Source of the DNA: an uncultured Bacteroidales bacterium
Lineage (GTDB): Bacteria; Bacteroidota; Bacteroidia; Bacteroidales; UBA4417
NCBI GenBank assembly: GCA_903946925.1
Contig: CAJAXK010000053.1
Coordinates: 5,558 to 69,557 of the forward strand
Reading direction: 5' to 3'
Length of the DNA: 64,000 nt
Position numbers and translations under genes: made by a program. The notes beneath the pieces are model-generated. The model saw only the letters and a list, made by a program, of their open reading frames with translations, was not told the DNA's origin and did no database searches. Every line of letters starts with the position of its first letter. The stretch's first letter is position 1. This document shows positions 8,988 through 18,975 of this stretch, in pieces.

Positions 8988-10088
8988 ATGCCTGAACTTT
9001 TTAGTGAAATTTTAAAAAAAGAAGAATATTCCCAATCCGACCTGGTAGTTTTACTAAATGCACAAGGAAAGGATAGGACTGCCCTTTTTACTCATGCCGC
9101 CGGAATAAAAAAACAGTTTGTTGGCAATAAGGTGTACTTCCGTGGGTTGGTTGAGTTGTCGAATATATGCTCAAAAAACTGCCTGTATTGTGGCATACGT
9201 GCTGGTAACCCTAAGCCTGACCGCTATATGGTAACTGAGGACGAAGTACTTGATGCTGCACGTTTTGCCCTCGAAAATGGCTATGGTTCCATGGTTTTGC
9301 AATCGGGTGAGCGCTGCGATGATAGTTTTGTGGCCACGGTTACAAACCTGCTGCAAAAAATAAAAGAGCTTTCAAACGGCAAACTTGGGATTACCCTTTC
9401 AATGGGCGAGCAAACCGAAAAAACCTACCGCGATTGGTTCGACAATGGCGCACACCGCTATTTGATACGCATCGAAACCTCCGACCGCGAATTGTATTAT
9501 AAAATCCATCCCAACAATAAAAAGCATGATTTCGATGTCCGCATTAACGCTCTGAAAATGCTGCGCCAGATTGGTTACAACGTTGGTTCCGGTGTTATGA
9601 TCGGGTTGCCATTTCAAACCATTGAACATTTGGCCGGCGACTTGCTTTTTTTGAAAAATCTGGATGTGGATATGGTTGGTATGGGGCCGTTTATTGAGCA
9701 TGAGGAAACGCCTCTGTATCAATATAAAGACCTTTTGTGGCTTAAAAAGGAACGGTTTGATATGTCGCTGAAAATGGTTGCCATATTACGTATTATGATG
9801 AAGGACATAAATATCGCCGCAACCACAGCCATGCAAGCAATTGATAAACAAGGCCGTGAAAAAGCATTAAAAGTCGGGGCAAATATTATTATGCCCAATC
9901 TTACCCCTGTTAAATACCGCGAAGATTACCTGCTCTACGAAGATAAACCCTGCCTTGACGAAGATGCCAGCGAATGCCGCAATTGCCTCGAAGCCCGAAT
10001 ACATATTGCCGGCGATGAAATAGGCTTTGGTGAATGGGGCGACTCGAAACATTTTGTTAAGCGGACTTCTTCTTCTAAAGTAGATTGA
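8988..10088 (+). CDS. hydE: Radical SAM enzyme, HydE-like ([FeFe]-hydrogenase maturase / biotin-synthase-related)
   Basis: CSKNCLYCGIRAGNPKPDRYMVTEDEVL..MVLQSGE closely resembles the HydE CxxxCxxC cluster region as remembered. Length 366 aa. Confidence 0.6.
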   Translation: MPELFSEILKKEEYSQSDLVVLLNAQGKDRTALFTHAAGIKKQFVGNKVYFRGLVELSNICSKNCLYCGIRAGNPKPDRYMVTEDEVLDAARFALENGYGSMVLQSGERCDDSFVATVTNLLQKIKELSNGKLGITLSMGEQTEKTYRDWFDNGAHRYLIRIETSDRELYYKIHPNNKKHDFDVRINALKMLRQIGYNVGSGVMIGLPFQTIEHLAGDLLFLKNLDVDMVGMGPFIEHEETPLYQYKDLLWLKKERFDMSLKMVAILRIMMKDINIAATTAMQAIDKQGREKALKVGANIIMPNLTPVKYREDYLLYEDKPCLDEDASECRNCLEARIHIAGDEIGFGEWGDSKHFVKRTSSSKVD

Positions 10089-10104
10089 CCCTTTTATGTA
10101 AAGA

Positions 10105-10230
10105 TGGGAGACAAGGTGAGGGGAGACAAGGAGAAGGGAGACAAGGTGAGGGGAGAAAAGGAGAAGGGAGACAAGGAGAGTGGAGACAGGGAGAGTTGAG
10201 ACAAGGAGAGTGGAGATAAGCAGAGGTGGG
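10105..10230. repeat. Purine-rich degenerate tandem array (GGGAGACAAGGWGA-type units)
   Basis: gggagacaaggtgaggggagacaaggagaagggagacaaggtgagg..., starting directly after the hydE-like stop. Confidence 0.85.
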
Positions 10231-10280
10231 ATTCTTTTTATTAAAGACCCGATTTTTCAACTTAACTTTTATTACAGAAA

Positions 10281-10440
10281 CCCCTCAACCCCTCAACCCG
10301 TCAACAACTAAACCTCTCAACCTCTCAACCTTTCAACCCCTCAACCTTTCAACCCCTCAACCTCTCAACCTCTCAACCCCTCAACCCCTCAACCCCTAAA
10401 CCTCTCAACCTTTCAACCCATCAACTTCACAACCCAACCC
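10281..10440. repeat. Octamer tandem array CCNNTCAA (about 20 units)
   Basis: cccctcaa cccctcaa cccgtcaa ... cctttcaa cccatcaa, running up to the base before the ATG at 10441. Confidence 0.9.
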
Positions 10441-11640
10441 ATGCCAAGAAAACAAATTGCAATTATTGGCGGTGGCCCAGCGGGACTGATGGCTGCTGAT
10501 GTGTTAAGCCCTTTTTGCGATGTAAGTATTTACGACAAGGAAAAAGGCGTAGGACAGAAATTGCTGCTTGCAGGAAAAGGTGGGTTTAATATCACAAATA
10601 GTTTGCTCGGGGAGGAGTTGTACATTAAATACTCGCCTTACCATTTCCTGAAAAATGCTTTGGTTGATTTCGATCCGTCAGCTTTGCGCGAATGGTTGTT
10701 ACAAATGGGGATCCCAACATTCGAAGGTTCAAGCGGCAGGGTTTTTCCCGAAAAAGGGATTACACCAGCCGAGGTATTGAGAAAAATAAAGCAGAAGCTA
10801 ATTTCGCAAGGTGTTAGGTTTCATATAAAACATGAGTTTATAGGTTTTGGTTTAGGAAATGAACTCAAATTCAAGTGCGGCAGCGAGGATACTTTGGTTG
10901 AGGCCGATTACTTTATATTTGCCTTGGGCGGGGCATCCTGGGCCATAACAGGATCCAATGGTAAATGGAAAGGGATTTTTGATTCGGCTGATATTCTTAC
11001 AATTCCATTCCAAGCTTCAAATTGTGGGGTTGAAATCCGCTGGCCGGACGATTTCAGGTTAAACCATACCGGCAAACCTTTGAAAAATATTGCCATAACT
11101 GTAAATGGACAGGTACAAAAAGGCGAAGCTATGATTACCGAATATGGACTGGAAGGAAATGCCATCTATCCGCTTGTACCCGAAATAAGGAAGCTGCTTT
11201 CTCAAAATATGTTCGCACAGATTAACCTTGATTTCAAACCTTTTAATACAGAAGAACAACTTTTGCAAAAGATAAAAGGCAAAACTGCGGCAACCACAAA
11301 AAAATACAGCGAAACCTTCAATTTGCACAATACACAACTTTCAATTATAAAGGCATTTACAACAAAAGAATCATTTTTAAATCCAGAGTTGTTTGTAAAG
11401 AGCTTGAAAAAACTCCAACTCTCGGTCCACGCCTTACGCCCAGTGGAAGAAGCCATTTCAACTATTGGCGGGATTGCATTAAGCGAAATAAACCCCGATT
11501 TTTCATTCAAAAAACTGCCAAACTTTTTTGCCATTGGCGAAATGTTAGATTGGGATGCACCAACTGGCGGGTTTTTATTGCAAGGCAGTTTTGCCATGGG
11601 GCATTGGGTTGGGAAAAAGATTTTGGAAAGAATTGAATAG
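10441..11640 (+). CDS. HI0933/BaiN-like FAD-dependent flavoprotein
   Basis: IAIIGGGPAGLMAA dinucleotide fold, GKGGFNITN, and C-terminal GEMLDWDAPTGGFLLQ. Confidence 0.75.
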   Translation: MPRKQIAIIGGGPAGLMAADVLSPFCDVSIYDKEKGVGQKLLLAGKGGFNITNSLLGEELYIKYSPYHFLKNALVDFDPSALREWLLQMGIPTFEGSSGRVFPEKGITPAEVLRKIKQKLISQGVRFHIKHEFIGFGLGNELKFKCGSEDTLVEADYFIFALGGASWAITGSNGKWKGIFDSADILTIPFQASNCGVEIRWPDDFRLNHTGKPLKNIAITVNGQVQKGEAMITEYGLEGNAIYPLVPEIRKLLSQNMFAQINLDFKPFNTEEQLLQKIKGKTAATTKKYSETFNLHNTQLSIIKAFTTKESFLNPELFVKSLKKLQLSVHALRPVEEAISTIGGIALSEINPDFSFKKLPNFFAIGEMLDWDAPTGGFLLQGSFAMGHWVGKKILERIE

Positions 11641-11644
11641 AGCC

Positions 11645-11962
11645 TCCCCGTAAAGTCAAGTTCAATTTTAGTATGATGTGCGAGTTGCGATAGATGAATA
11701 TTGCTCTTAGAAAATAAATCGTACACTATATATCTCCATGCCTACATTCTGATTTAAACCAAGTCAATAATTATAATATAAATAATTGACCTTTAAAACT
11801 TTATCCGAAAAACACGCATTATATTTGATTTAGGCTTTTAGGCTTTAAGACTGTTAGGCTGTTAGGGCTTTTCTAATCAAATATTACTTCATATTCCACA
11901 TTATCGCATAACATGGTGAACCCCCAAAACCAACCCCTAACCCCTAAAAGCTTAATCCCTGA
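11645..11962. repeat. Composite intergenic repeat, copy 2 (longest copy)
   Basis: The 5' part (11645-11775) matches 44100-44232. The 3' part (11747-11960) matches 2111-2338. It contains a TTAGGC-type arm and a complementary CCCTAA-type arm. Confidence 0.6.
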
Positions 11963-11993
11963 ATAGTTGCAAAATATGCAGGGGACAAAAAAT

Positions 11994-12845
11994 TCAACCT
12001 TCCAACAACTCATCGATTTGCTTGTTTTGCTCATCTGTTATCTGTGCTGTTTTATTAAAATTATCCCAATCAACAATAATCCTTTCCACACCTTTCCAGC
12101 GATACACATCCAAAAAGCTTCCTCCACGCCTAATATCCTGTGCTTTATAATAATTGAATAAGTGTACCAAACTGCCGGTTGCAGCATCCTGGCCCGAAAA
12201 AGCAATCCGGATAAGGCAATTTTCAGGGTTTGCGAGCACGGTTTTGAGATGTTGAAGGGGCAATGGGTTTTCGGGGTCGTCGAGCCGGAGGTTGATATAC
12301 CACGATATCTCGACCAAAGGCCGCGAAAAAGCATGTTTGTATAATGTCCTTTTTATATTGTTCTCAATCAGGAACATATCAATGGTGGCATCGCAATCCA
12401 CAATCGGTTTCCCTTTATTGCCAGCCCTGGCCGAAAGGTAAATTTTGTTGTTGTTGTGGCGGATAAAAATATTGTCGGTTAGGAAAAAATCCTTCGGGCG
12501 TTGGATAAAAAGGTAAGCTAGATACCCGCCGAAGAACGGGGTATAAGCCAACGCAATGCACGATTCGATAACGATAATTACTTTGCCCGCAATACCGGTT
12601 GCAATAATTTCGCCATAACCGATGGTTGAAAAAGTAACCAGGCTAAAATAAAGATAATCGAAAAAGTTAAGTTTTTTTTCTGGGCTAATCCCATTGATTA
12701 TAAGGCTATCAGTAATATAAAAGAAGATCCCAAAAATAAATACAATAAACAAATAACCAGTAATTCCCCATTTCAAGGTGTTCCTGAAACGTTTATCGTT
12801 TACATATCGTTCGAGGCGGTGGTAGAAACTGTTTTTGTATTGCAT
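11994..12845 (-). CDS. Kir-like (KirBac-type) potassium channel
   Basis: Two TM helices flank the selectivity filter FSTIGYGE, followed by a beta-rich cytoplasmic domain of Kir length. Confidence 0.75.
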   Translation of the reverse strand: MQYKNSFYHRLERYVNDKRFRNTLKWGITGYLFIVFIFGIFFYITDSLIINGISPEKKLNFFDYLYFSLVTFSTIGYGEIIATGIAGKVIIVIESCIALAYTPFFGGYLAYLFIQRPKDFFLTDNIFIRHNNNKIYLSARAGNKGKPIVDCDATIDMFLIENNIKRTLYKHAFSRPLVEISWYINLRLDDPENPLPLQHLKTVLANPENCLIRIAFSGQDAATGSLVHLFNYYKAQDIRRGGSFLDVYRWKGVERIIVDWDNFNKTAQITDEQNKQIDELLEG

Positions 12846-12929
12846 TGTGCTGTTTTTGTAATTTCCGCTTAATTAATTATGGGATTCCGAACACAACATT
12901 TGGGTAAACCCAAGTTGTATTTGTTGTTA

Positions 12930-12937
12930 CAAATATA
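12930..12937 (-). promoter_or_regulatory. Candidate Bacteroidota -7 box (TATATTTG) for the K+ channel gene
   Basis: The plus strand reads caaatata, which matches TAnnTTTG on the minus strand about 85 nt upstream of the ATG. Confidence 0.35.
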
Positions 12938-13160
12938 CACAAATGCTGATTGTTTTGCAGGAAAAATATAACTTCTCTTGAACGTAGGTTTGTTCACGGG
13001 AAGTTTTTTTTGCTTTTATTTTCCGAGGCGGCTTAGATTAGTCGGGGCGGCTTTTTCGGTCACCCCGACAATAAAGGCATTAGACACACAAACAACAAAG
13101 AAAGCAGTTTTGGGGTGAGCGAAAAGTCGCCCAGCCACATGTCGAAAGTGATCCTATTAT

Positions 13161-13438
13161 CACATCCTCAAATTCCCACATCCTCAAATTCCCACATCCT
13201 CAAATTCCCACATCCTCAAATTTCCACATCCTCAAATTTCCACATCCTCAAATTCCCACATCCTCAAATTCCCACATCCTCAAATTTCCACATCCCCAAA
13301 TTTCCACATACCCAAATTTCCACATCCTCAAATTTCCACATCCTCAAATTTCCACATCCCCAAATTTTCAAATTCCCAAATTTTCAAATTCCCAAATTTT
13401 CAAATTCGCTCATTTTCAAATTACCACATTATCGCATT
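13161..13438. repeat. 16-bp tandem array CACATCCTCAAATTCC (about 12 units), grading into CCAAATTTTCAAATT units and a CCACATTATCGCATT word
   Basis: Uninterrupted head-to-tail copies with point variants (attccc/atttcc, cctc/cccc). Confidence 0.9.
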
Positions 13439-13445
13439 AAAACCA

Positions 13446-13453
13446 TACCTTTG
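13446..13453 (+). promoter_or_regulatory. Candidate -7 box TACCTTTG for valS
   Basis: Matches TAnnTTTG 36 nt upstream of the valS ATG. Confidence 0.45.
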
Positions 13454-13488
13454 CACCCTCAAAAAAAACAAAAACTTTTATTATATTT

Positions 13489-16116
13489 ATGGAAATACCC
13501 AGCAAATACGATCCACGGCAAATTGAAGATAAATGGTACAGCTTCTGGCTCGCAAACAAATACTTCCGCTCGGTTCCCGATGATAGGGAACCTTATACTA
13601 TCGTAATCCCACCACCCAATGTTACCGGAGTGTTGCACATGGGGCACATGCTCAACAACACCATTCAGGATGTGTTGATCCGCCGCGCACGTATGACCGG
13701 CAAAAATGCCTGTTGGGTTCCCGGTACCGACCATGCTTCTATTGCAACCGAAGCAAAAGTTGTTGCCAAACTAAAGGCTGATGGAATCGAAAAATCGGAA
13801 CTTTCACGCGAGTCGTTTTTGGAACACGCCTGGGAATGGAAAGAGAAACATGGCGGCATAATACTTGAACAGCTTAAAAAACTAGGGGCTTCCTGCGACT
13901 GGGACCGCACTTGTTTCACCATGGACGAAGCCCGCTACGAATCGGTTATCCATGTATTTATTGATTTATACAACAAAGGCCTGATTTATCGCGGTGTGCG
14001 CATGGTAAACTGGGATCCCGAAGCACTTACCGCCCTTTCTGACGAAGAGGTTATTTTCCGCGAAGTACAAAGCAAGTTATATTACCTGCGCTATAAAGTG
14101 GAAGGTACCGAGGATGAATGGGTAACCATTGCAACTACCCGCCCCGAAACTATTTTGGGCGATACCGCTGTTTGTTTCCATCCCGAAGACGATCGATTCA
14201 AACACTTAGTCGGCAAAAGGGTGCTTGTCCCTTTGCTTGGCCGCTCCATTCCAATGATAAGTGATGAATATGTAGATCGTGAATTTGGGACCGGTTGCCT
14301 CAAAATTACCCCAGCCCACGATGTGAACGATTATTTGATCGGACAAAAGTTCAACCTCGAAAGCATTGATATTTTTAATCCAAATGGTACGCTTAGCGAA
14401 AAAGCCCAGTTGTATGTAGGGCAGGATCGGTTTGCAGTTCGCGATAGCATTGTAAACGATTTAAAAAATGCCGGAAACCTTGTTAAAATTGAGGATTACA
14501 TCAATAAAGTTGGGTTTAGCGAGCGCACAAATGCTGTAATTGAGCCTAAACTTTCGATGCAATGGTTCCTGAAAATGCCTGATCTGGCAAAACCAGCCTT
14601 GGATGTGGTGATGAACGATACGGTTAAGTTCCATCCCGAGAAATTCAAAAATACCTATCGCCATTGGATGGAAAATGTCCGCGATTGGTGTATAAGCCGC
14701 CAGTTGTGGTGGGGACAGCGCATCCCGGCATATTATCTGCCCGATGGAAGCATTATTGTAGCACGTTCAGCCGAAGAAGCACTGGGCAAGGCATTAGCAA
14801 AGTTCCCAAAAATAACTTTGTCGGAACTCAGGCAGGATGAAGATGTGTTGGATACCTGGTTCTCGTCCTGGCTTTGGCCAATTTCTGTTTTCGATGGGAT
14901 TCGCCATCCTGAAAATGAAGATATTAAATACTATTATCCTACTAACGACTTGATTACGGCACCGGAAATATTGTTTTTCTGGGTGGCGCGTATGATCATG
15001 GCCGGTCAGGAATACCGCCAAGAAATCCCCTTCAAAAATGTATATCTTACAGGGATTGTCCGCGATAAGCTTGGGCGCAAAATGTCGAAATCGCTTGGCA
15101 ACTCACCCGACCCCATTGAGCTTATCGAAAAATACGGGGCTGATGGAGTACGCGTTGGAATGTTGCTGACTTCACCTGCCGGAAACGACCTTCCTTTTGA
15201 TGAGTCTTTATGCGAACAAGGCCGTAATTTCTCAAATAAAGTTTGGAATGCATTCCGTTTGATCAAAGGCTGGGAAGTGGACAAAACCCTTCAACAACCT
15301 ATGTATGCTGCATTGTCGGTAACCTGGTTCAGGGCAAGGTTTAACGAAGCCTTAAGCCATATTAATGAGCATTATGATAAATACCGTTTGAGCGATGCTT
15401 TGATGGGGGTTTATAAATTGGTTTGGGACGATTTCTGCTCATGGTTCTTGGAAATGATAAAACCAGCCTACCAGCAACCTATTGATACTCAAACGTATAA
15501 AGCAGCGGTTGCACTTTTCTCCGATATGATGCAAGTTTTGCACCCGTTTATGCCTTTTATTACCGAAGAAATCTGGCACCTGATGCACGAAGATTCAAAA
15601 GGCAGCATTATGGTTTCGCAAATGCCTGTGCCCCAAAAATTCGACGATAAAATCCTTACGCATTTTACCTATACTTTGGGTATTGTTACCGCTATCCGTT
15701 CTATCCGTAAGGATAAAAATATCCCGATAAAGGACAAACTCGACCTTTTTATACTTAAACCGGATAAGCAAATCCCAAAACTGTTATTCGATTCTTTGAT
15801 CGAAAAACTGTGTAACCTATCCCCAATCAAATACATAAATGAAAAGGTTACTGGTGCAGCTTCTTTCCTATTAAATGGGAACGAGTTTTATATCCCCCTT
15901 GGCGATAGGATTGATGTTGAGGCCGAAATGGCCAAGCTTAATCAGGAACTTGAATATGCACAGGGCTTCCTGCGAAGCGTAATGGTAAAGCTCTCCAACG
16001 AACGTTTTGTGGCAAATGCAAAACCCGAAGTGGTTGATGTTGAACGCCGCAAAATGGCAGATGCCGAATTGAAAATCAAAACAATTGAAGAGCAGATTTT
16101 GTTGTTGAAAAAGTAG
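13489..16116 (+). CDS. valS: Valine--tRNA ligase
   Basis: 875 aa; [16 protein letters not shown] (HIGH), KMSKSLGN (KMSKS), C-terminal coiled coil. Confidence 0.97.
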   Translation: MEIPSKYDPRQIEDKWYSFWLANKYFRSVPDDREPYTIVIPPPNVTGVLHMGHMLNNTIQDVLIRRARMTGKNACWVPGTDHASIATEAKVVAKLKADGIEKSELSRESFLEHAWEWKEKHGGIILEQLKKLGASCDWDRTCFTMDEARYESVIHVFIDLYNKGLIYRGVRMVNWDPEALTALSDEEVIFREVQSKLYYLRYKVEGTEDEWVTIATTRPETILGDTAVCFHPEDDRFKHLVGKRVLVPLLGRSIPMISDEYVDREFGTGCLKITPAHDVNDYLIGQKFNLESIDIFNPNGTLSEKAQLYVGQDRFAVRDSIVNDLKNAGNLVKIEDYINKVGFSERTNAVIEPKLSMQWFLKMPDLAKPALDVVMNDTVKFHPEKFKNTYRHWMENVRDWCISRQLWWGQRIPAYYLPDGSIIVARSAEEALGKALAKFPKITLSELRQDEDVLDTWFSSWLWPISVFDGIRHPENEDIKYYYPTNDLITAPEILFFWVARMIMAGQEYRQEIPFKNVYLTGIVRDKLGRKMSKSLGNSPDPIELIEKYGADGVRVGMLLTSPAGNDLPFDESLCEQGRNFSNKVWNAFRLIKGWEVDKTLQQPMYAALSVTWFRARFNEALSHINEHYDKYRLSDALMGVYKLVWDDFCSWFLEMIKPAYQQPIDTQTYKAAVALFSDMMQVLHPFMPFITEEIWHLMHEDSKGSIMVSQMPVPQKFDDKILTHFTYTLGIVTAIRSIRKDKNIPIKDKLDLFILKPDKQIPKLLFDSLIEKLCNLSPIKYINEKVTGAASFLLNGNEFYIPLGDRIDVEAEMAKLNQELEYAQGFLRSVMVKLSNERFVANAKPEVVDVERRKMADAELKIKTIEEQILLLKK

Positions 16117-16134
16117 TCCTAAGTCTTAATATTA

Positions 16135-16186
16135 AAAACCACTCAGTGTTTCCCTGTGTTCTGGGTATCTGGGTGGTTTTTCGTTT
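16135..16186. terminator. Bidirectional terminator hairpin between convergent valS and lysA
   Basis: AAAACCACTCAG (16135-16146) / CTGGGTGGTTTT (16169-16180) with one mismatch. A-run before and T-run after. Confidence 0.6.
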
Positions 16187-16199
16187 TCATGGAAAATGG

Positions 16200-17363
16200 C
16201 TATAATTTATCGAAATAATAAGCCTTCACTTTTTCCCTTAAATTATAATTCGACGACATAACTTCGCCATACGCCCCTGTTGATCTAATGGCTATAAGGT
16301 CGCCACGCTTGGTAATAGGAAGGTTTAAGGCTTTTCCAAAGCAATCGGAACTTTCGCAAATAGGGCCAACTACATCGTACCTCTGCAATTTGCCGTCTTT
16401 ATTGGATAGGTTTTCAATTTTATGGAAAGCTTGGTATAATGCAGGGCGGATAAGCTCGGTCATGCCTGCATCCAATATCATAAAATCGGTGTTTACACCA
16501 TTTTTTATATACAAAACTTTTGAAATCAGGCTGCCACTTTGGGCCACAACTGCACGGCCAAGCTCAAAATGCACGGTTTGCCCCGGATAAACATCCAGGA
16601 AATCGTGAAAAACCCTAAAAAAAGAGCCAAAATCAACAATTGAATGTAAATCAGGTTCGTGGTAATCAATTCCCAATCCACCGCCAACATTGAGGTTAAG
16701 GATCGGAATACGTTTTTGCTTGAACCAAAGCTGAAACTCGTTGATTTTTATACACAGCGATTTGAATGCGTTCAGGTCAGTAATCTGGGACCCGATGTGG
16801 AAATGCAGCCCAATTAGTTTGATATTTTTTAATGTTTTTAGTTTTTCAACAATAGTTTCGAGTTCCCATTGGTTAATCCCGAATTTGTTTTCTTCCAACC
16901 CGGTAGTGATATATTTATGGGTATTGGCACTTACATTGGGGTTTAACCGTAAGGCAACAGGGGCAGTTTTGCCCATTTTCCCCGCCAATTGATCGATTAC
17001 ATCCAATTCCTGTATGCTCTCACAATTAAAACTATGAATATCGTGCTTAAGCCCGGTAATTATTTCTTCATCGCTCTTGCCAACGCCTGCAAATACTATT
17101 TTACTGCCCTCGAACCCAGCTTCAACGGCTCTTGTAACTTCGTTGCCGCTTACACAATCTGCCCCAAAACCATACTCCCTGATTTTTTGTATTATCGGCA
17201 CATTGGCGTTTGCTTTGAGGGCATAGTGTACTTCGAAACCGTACTTTTCTGCTTCCTTTTTAAGTATCTGAAGCGTTAAGTCAAGCAAGCCCATGTTGTA
17301 ATAATAAAATGGGGTAGGGGTGAGGTTGAATATATTTATCTGGTTTTCAGTAAAATTTGTCAT
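16200..17363 (-). CDS. lysA: Diaminopimelate decarboxylase
   Basis: HYALKANANVPI (PLP lysine), GGGLGIDY, GPICESSD. Confidence 0.9.
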   Translation of the reverse strand: MTNFTENQINIFNLTPTPFYYYNMGLLDLTLQILKKEAEKYGFEVHYALKANANVPIIQKIREYGFGADCVSGNEVTRAVEAGFEGSKIVFAGVGKSDEEIITGLKHDIHSFNCESIQELDVIDQLAGKMGKTAPVALRLNPNVSANTHKYITTGLEENKFGINQWELETIVEKLKTLKNIKLIGLHFHIGSQITDLNAFKSLCIKINEFQLWFKQKRIPILNLNVGGGLGIDYHEPDLHSIVDFGSFFRVFHDFLDVYPGQTVHFELGRAVVAQSGSLISKVLYIKNGVNTDFMILDAGMTELIRPALYQAFHKIENLSNKDGKLQRYDVVGPICESSDCFGKALNLPITKRGDLIAIRSTGAYGEVMSSNYNLREKVKAYYFDKL

Positions 17364-17516
17364 TATTCTAATTCCTAAAAAAAATCTAATTGGGTGTGGT
17401 GGTTTTGATGTATAACGATTTGGGTGTGGTTCAAAATGTTCAAGAAAAGGCTATGACTCCCTTAAGTTTCCCTGGTTTTTATTGAACTTTACTTGGTTTT
17501 CGCAACGCAATAAGTG

Positions 17517-18836
17517 TCAATCCAATTGGAACAAGCCTTTGTTTAGCGCCAGAAGTGTGTCTTTTTTAATTTTTGTTTCAACAAGTACAGAGATATTATT
17601 TTCGCTCCCACCATACGAAATCATGCGCACCGGGATACTTCGCAATGCGTCAAAAATAGCCCCGGCATAACCCGGTTTTTCCGCTGGAAACAATCCAACA
17701 ATACTTACAATACTAAGATTAGTTTCAACATTTACAATTCCAAATTCGTTGAGTTCGACAAGGATATTTTCCAAATCATCGGTATTGTCAACGGTTAACG
17801 AAACAGCAACTTCCGATGTGGCAATCATATCAATTGGCTTTTTGTACCGTTCAAACACTTCAAAAACAGCCCGCAGGAAACCATAAGCCAGCAACATCCT
17901 CCCTGACTTAATGTTGATGGTGGTAATCCCGTCTTTGGCGGCAACAGCCCTGAAACCTTCAGTTTGGTTTTCGGAAGAGATTAATGTCCCCAAGGCCTCT
18001 GGTTGCATTGTGTTGAGTAGCCTAACAGGGATGTTCTGGCTTTTTGCGGGTAAAATGCAAGTCGGGTGCAGAATTTTTGCCCCAAAATAGGCCAACTCTG
18101 CTGCTTCGTCAAATGTAAGTTTTGCAATTGGGAAAGTTTTGTTTACAAACCTTGGATCGTTGTTGTGCATGCCATCAATATCGGTCCAAATCTGGATTTC
18201 CTCAGCTCCAATAGCCGCACCAATAATTGTTGCGGTATAATCGCTTCCACCACGTTTTAGGTTGTCAATTTCGCCAAAATCATTCCGGCTTATGTAACCT
18301 TGAGTTATAAACAGCGATTCTGATGGATGTTTGGCTAATTCGAGCCTTAAGTTTTCGGAAATAAATCCCATGTCCGGTTCCGAATTTTCGTTCATCCGCA
18401 TAAAATTAAGGGCTGGCAGCAGTACCGATTGAACCTTCTTTTCTTCGAGTAGGTATTGGAACAGTGCAGTCGAAATCAATTCGCCTTGGGCAAGTATGGC
18501 CCTTTCTTCGTTAATGGTAAACAAATCGCGGGTAAATGAACGCACATAATCGAAATGTATCGAAAGTAGTTCTTTTGCTTTTGAAACGGAACTTTCGGTA
18601 GTGTATAATTCCTGGATTACATTGGAGTAATTTTTCTCAAGCAAATCAATGAGTATCGCGGCTTTGTCGTTTTCTTTTTGATACAATGCCTGACTGATTT
18701 CAACCAGCGAATTGGTTGTCCCACTCATGGCAGAAAGAACTACAATTTTAGCTTCCGCATTGTCAATCAAACCAATAAGGGAGTGCATGCGTTGCGGCGA
18801 ACCAACCGATGTGCCGCCAAATTTCATTATTATCAT
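17517..18836 (-). CDS. lysC: Aspartate kinase
   Basis: MKFGGTSVG start, kinase core, and C-terminal ACT-like region. Adjacent to lysA. Confidence 0.9.
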   Translation of the reverse strand: MIIMKFGGTSVGSPQRMHSLIGLIDNAEAKIVVLSAMSGTTNSLVEISQALYQKENDKAAILIDLLEKNYSNVIQELYTTESSVSKAKELLSIHFDYVRSFTRDLFTINEERAILAQGELISTALFQYLLEEKKVQSVLLPALNFMRMNENSEPDMGFISENLRLELAKHPSESLFITQGYISRNDFGEIDNLKRGGSDYTATIIGAAIGAEEIQIWTDIDGMHNNDPRFVNKTFPIAKLTFDEAAELAYFGAKILHPTCILPAKSQNIPVRLLNTMQPEALGTLISSENQTEGFRAVAAKDGITTINIKSGRMLLAYGFLRAVFEVFERYKKPIDMIATSEVAVSLTVDNTDDLENILVELNEFGIVNVETNLSIVSIVGLFPAEKPGYAGAIFDALRSIPVRMISYGGSENNISVLVETKIKKDTLLALNKGLFQLD

Positions 18837-18949
18837 TTGTAGTGATTTGTTTTTGTTCTAATCTGATTTTGTTCGAATGTGAATTTGTTGCGGGGATTTT
18901 CTTTAAAAATCCAGATTTATCTTTTATTACGGTTTATCAAGTTCCCAAT

Positions 18950-18975
18950 AAAAAAGGCTACCTAACTGATAGCCA
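18950..18975 (-). terminator. Hairpin plus T-run (terminator of the upstream gene, or attenuator in the lysC leader)
   Basis: The minus strand reads GGCTATCAGTTAGGTAGCC TTTTTTATT. Confidence 0.5.

Noticed and set aside
10075-10260. Track ORF 10075-10260 (minus) encoding LPSPC repeats
   Set aside because: It lies wholly in the purine-rich tandem array after the hydE-like gene, so it is a repeat-driven open frame.
12846-13488. T-box leader upstream of valS
   Set aside because: No T-box sequence (AANNNGGGTGGTACCGCG-like) or specifier-loop layout was seen. T-boxes are not expected in this phylum, and the region is dominated by the 16-bp array.
13115-13606. 163-aa ORF (PHPQIPTSSNFHILKF repeats) overlapping the valS start
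   Set aside because: It is a translation of the 16-bp tandem array and runs into the valS coding region out of frame. valS has a clear HIGH/KMSKS-supported frame.
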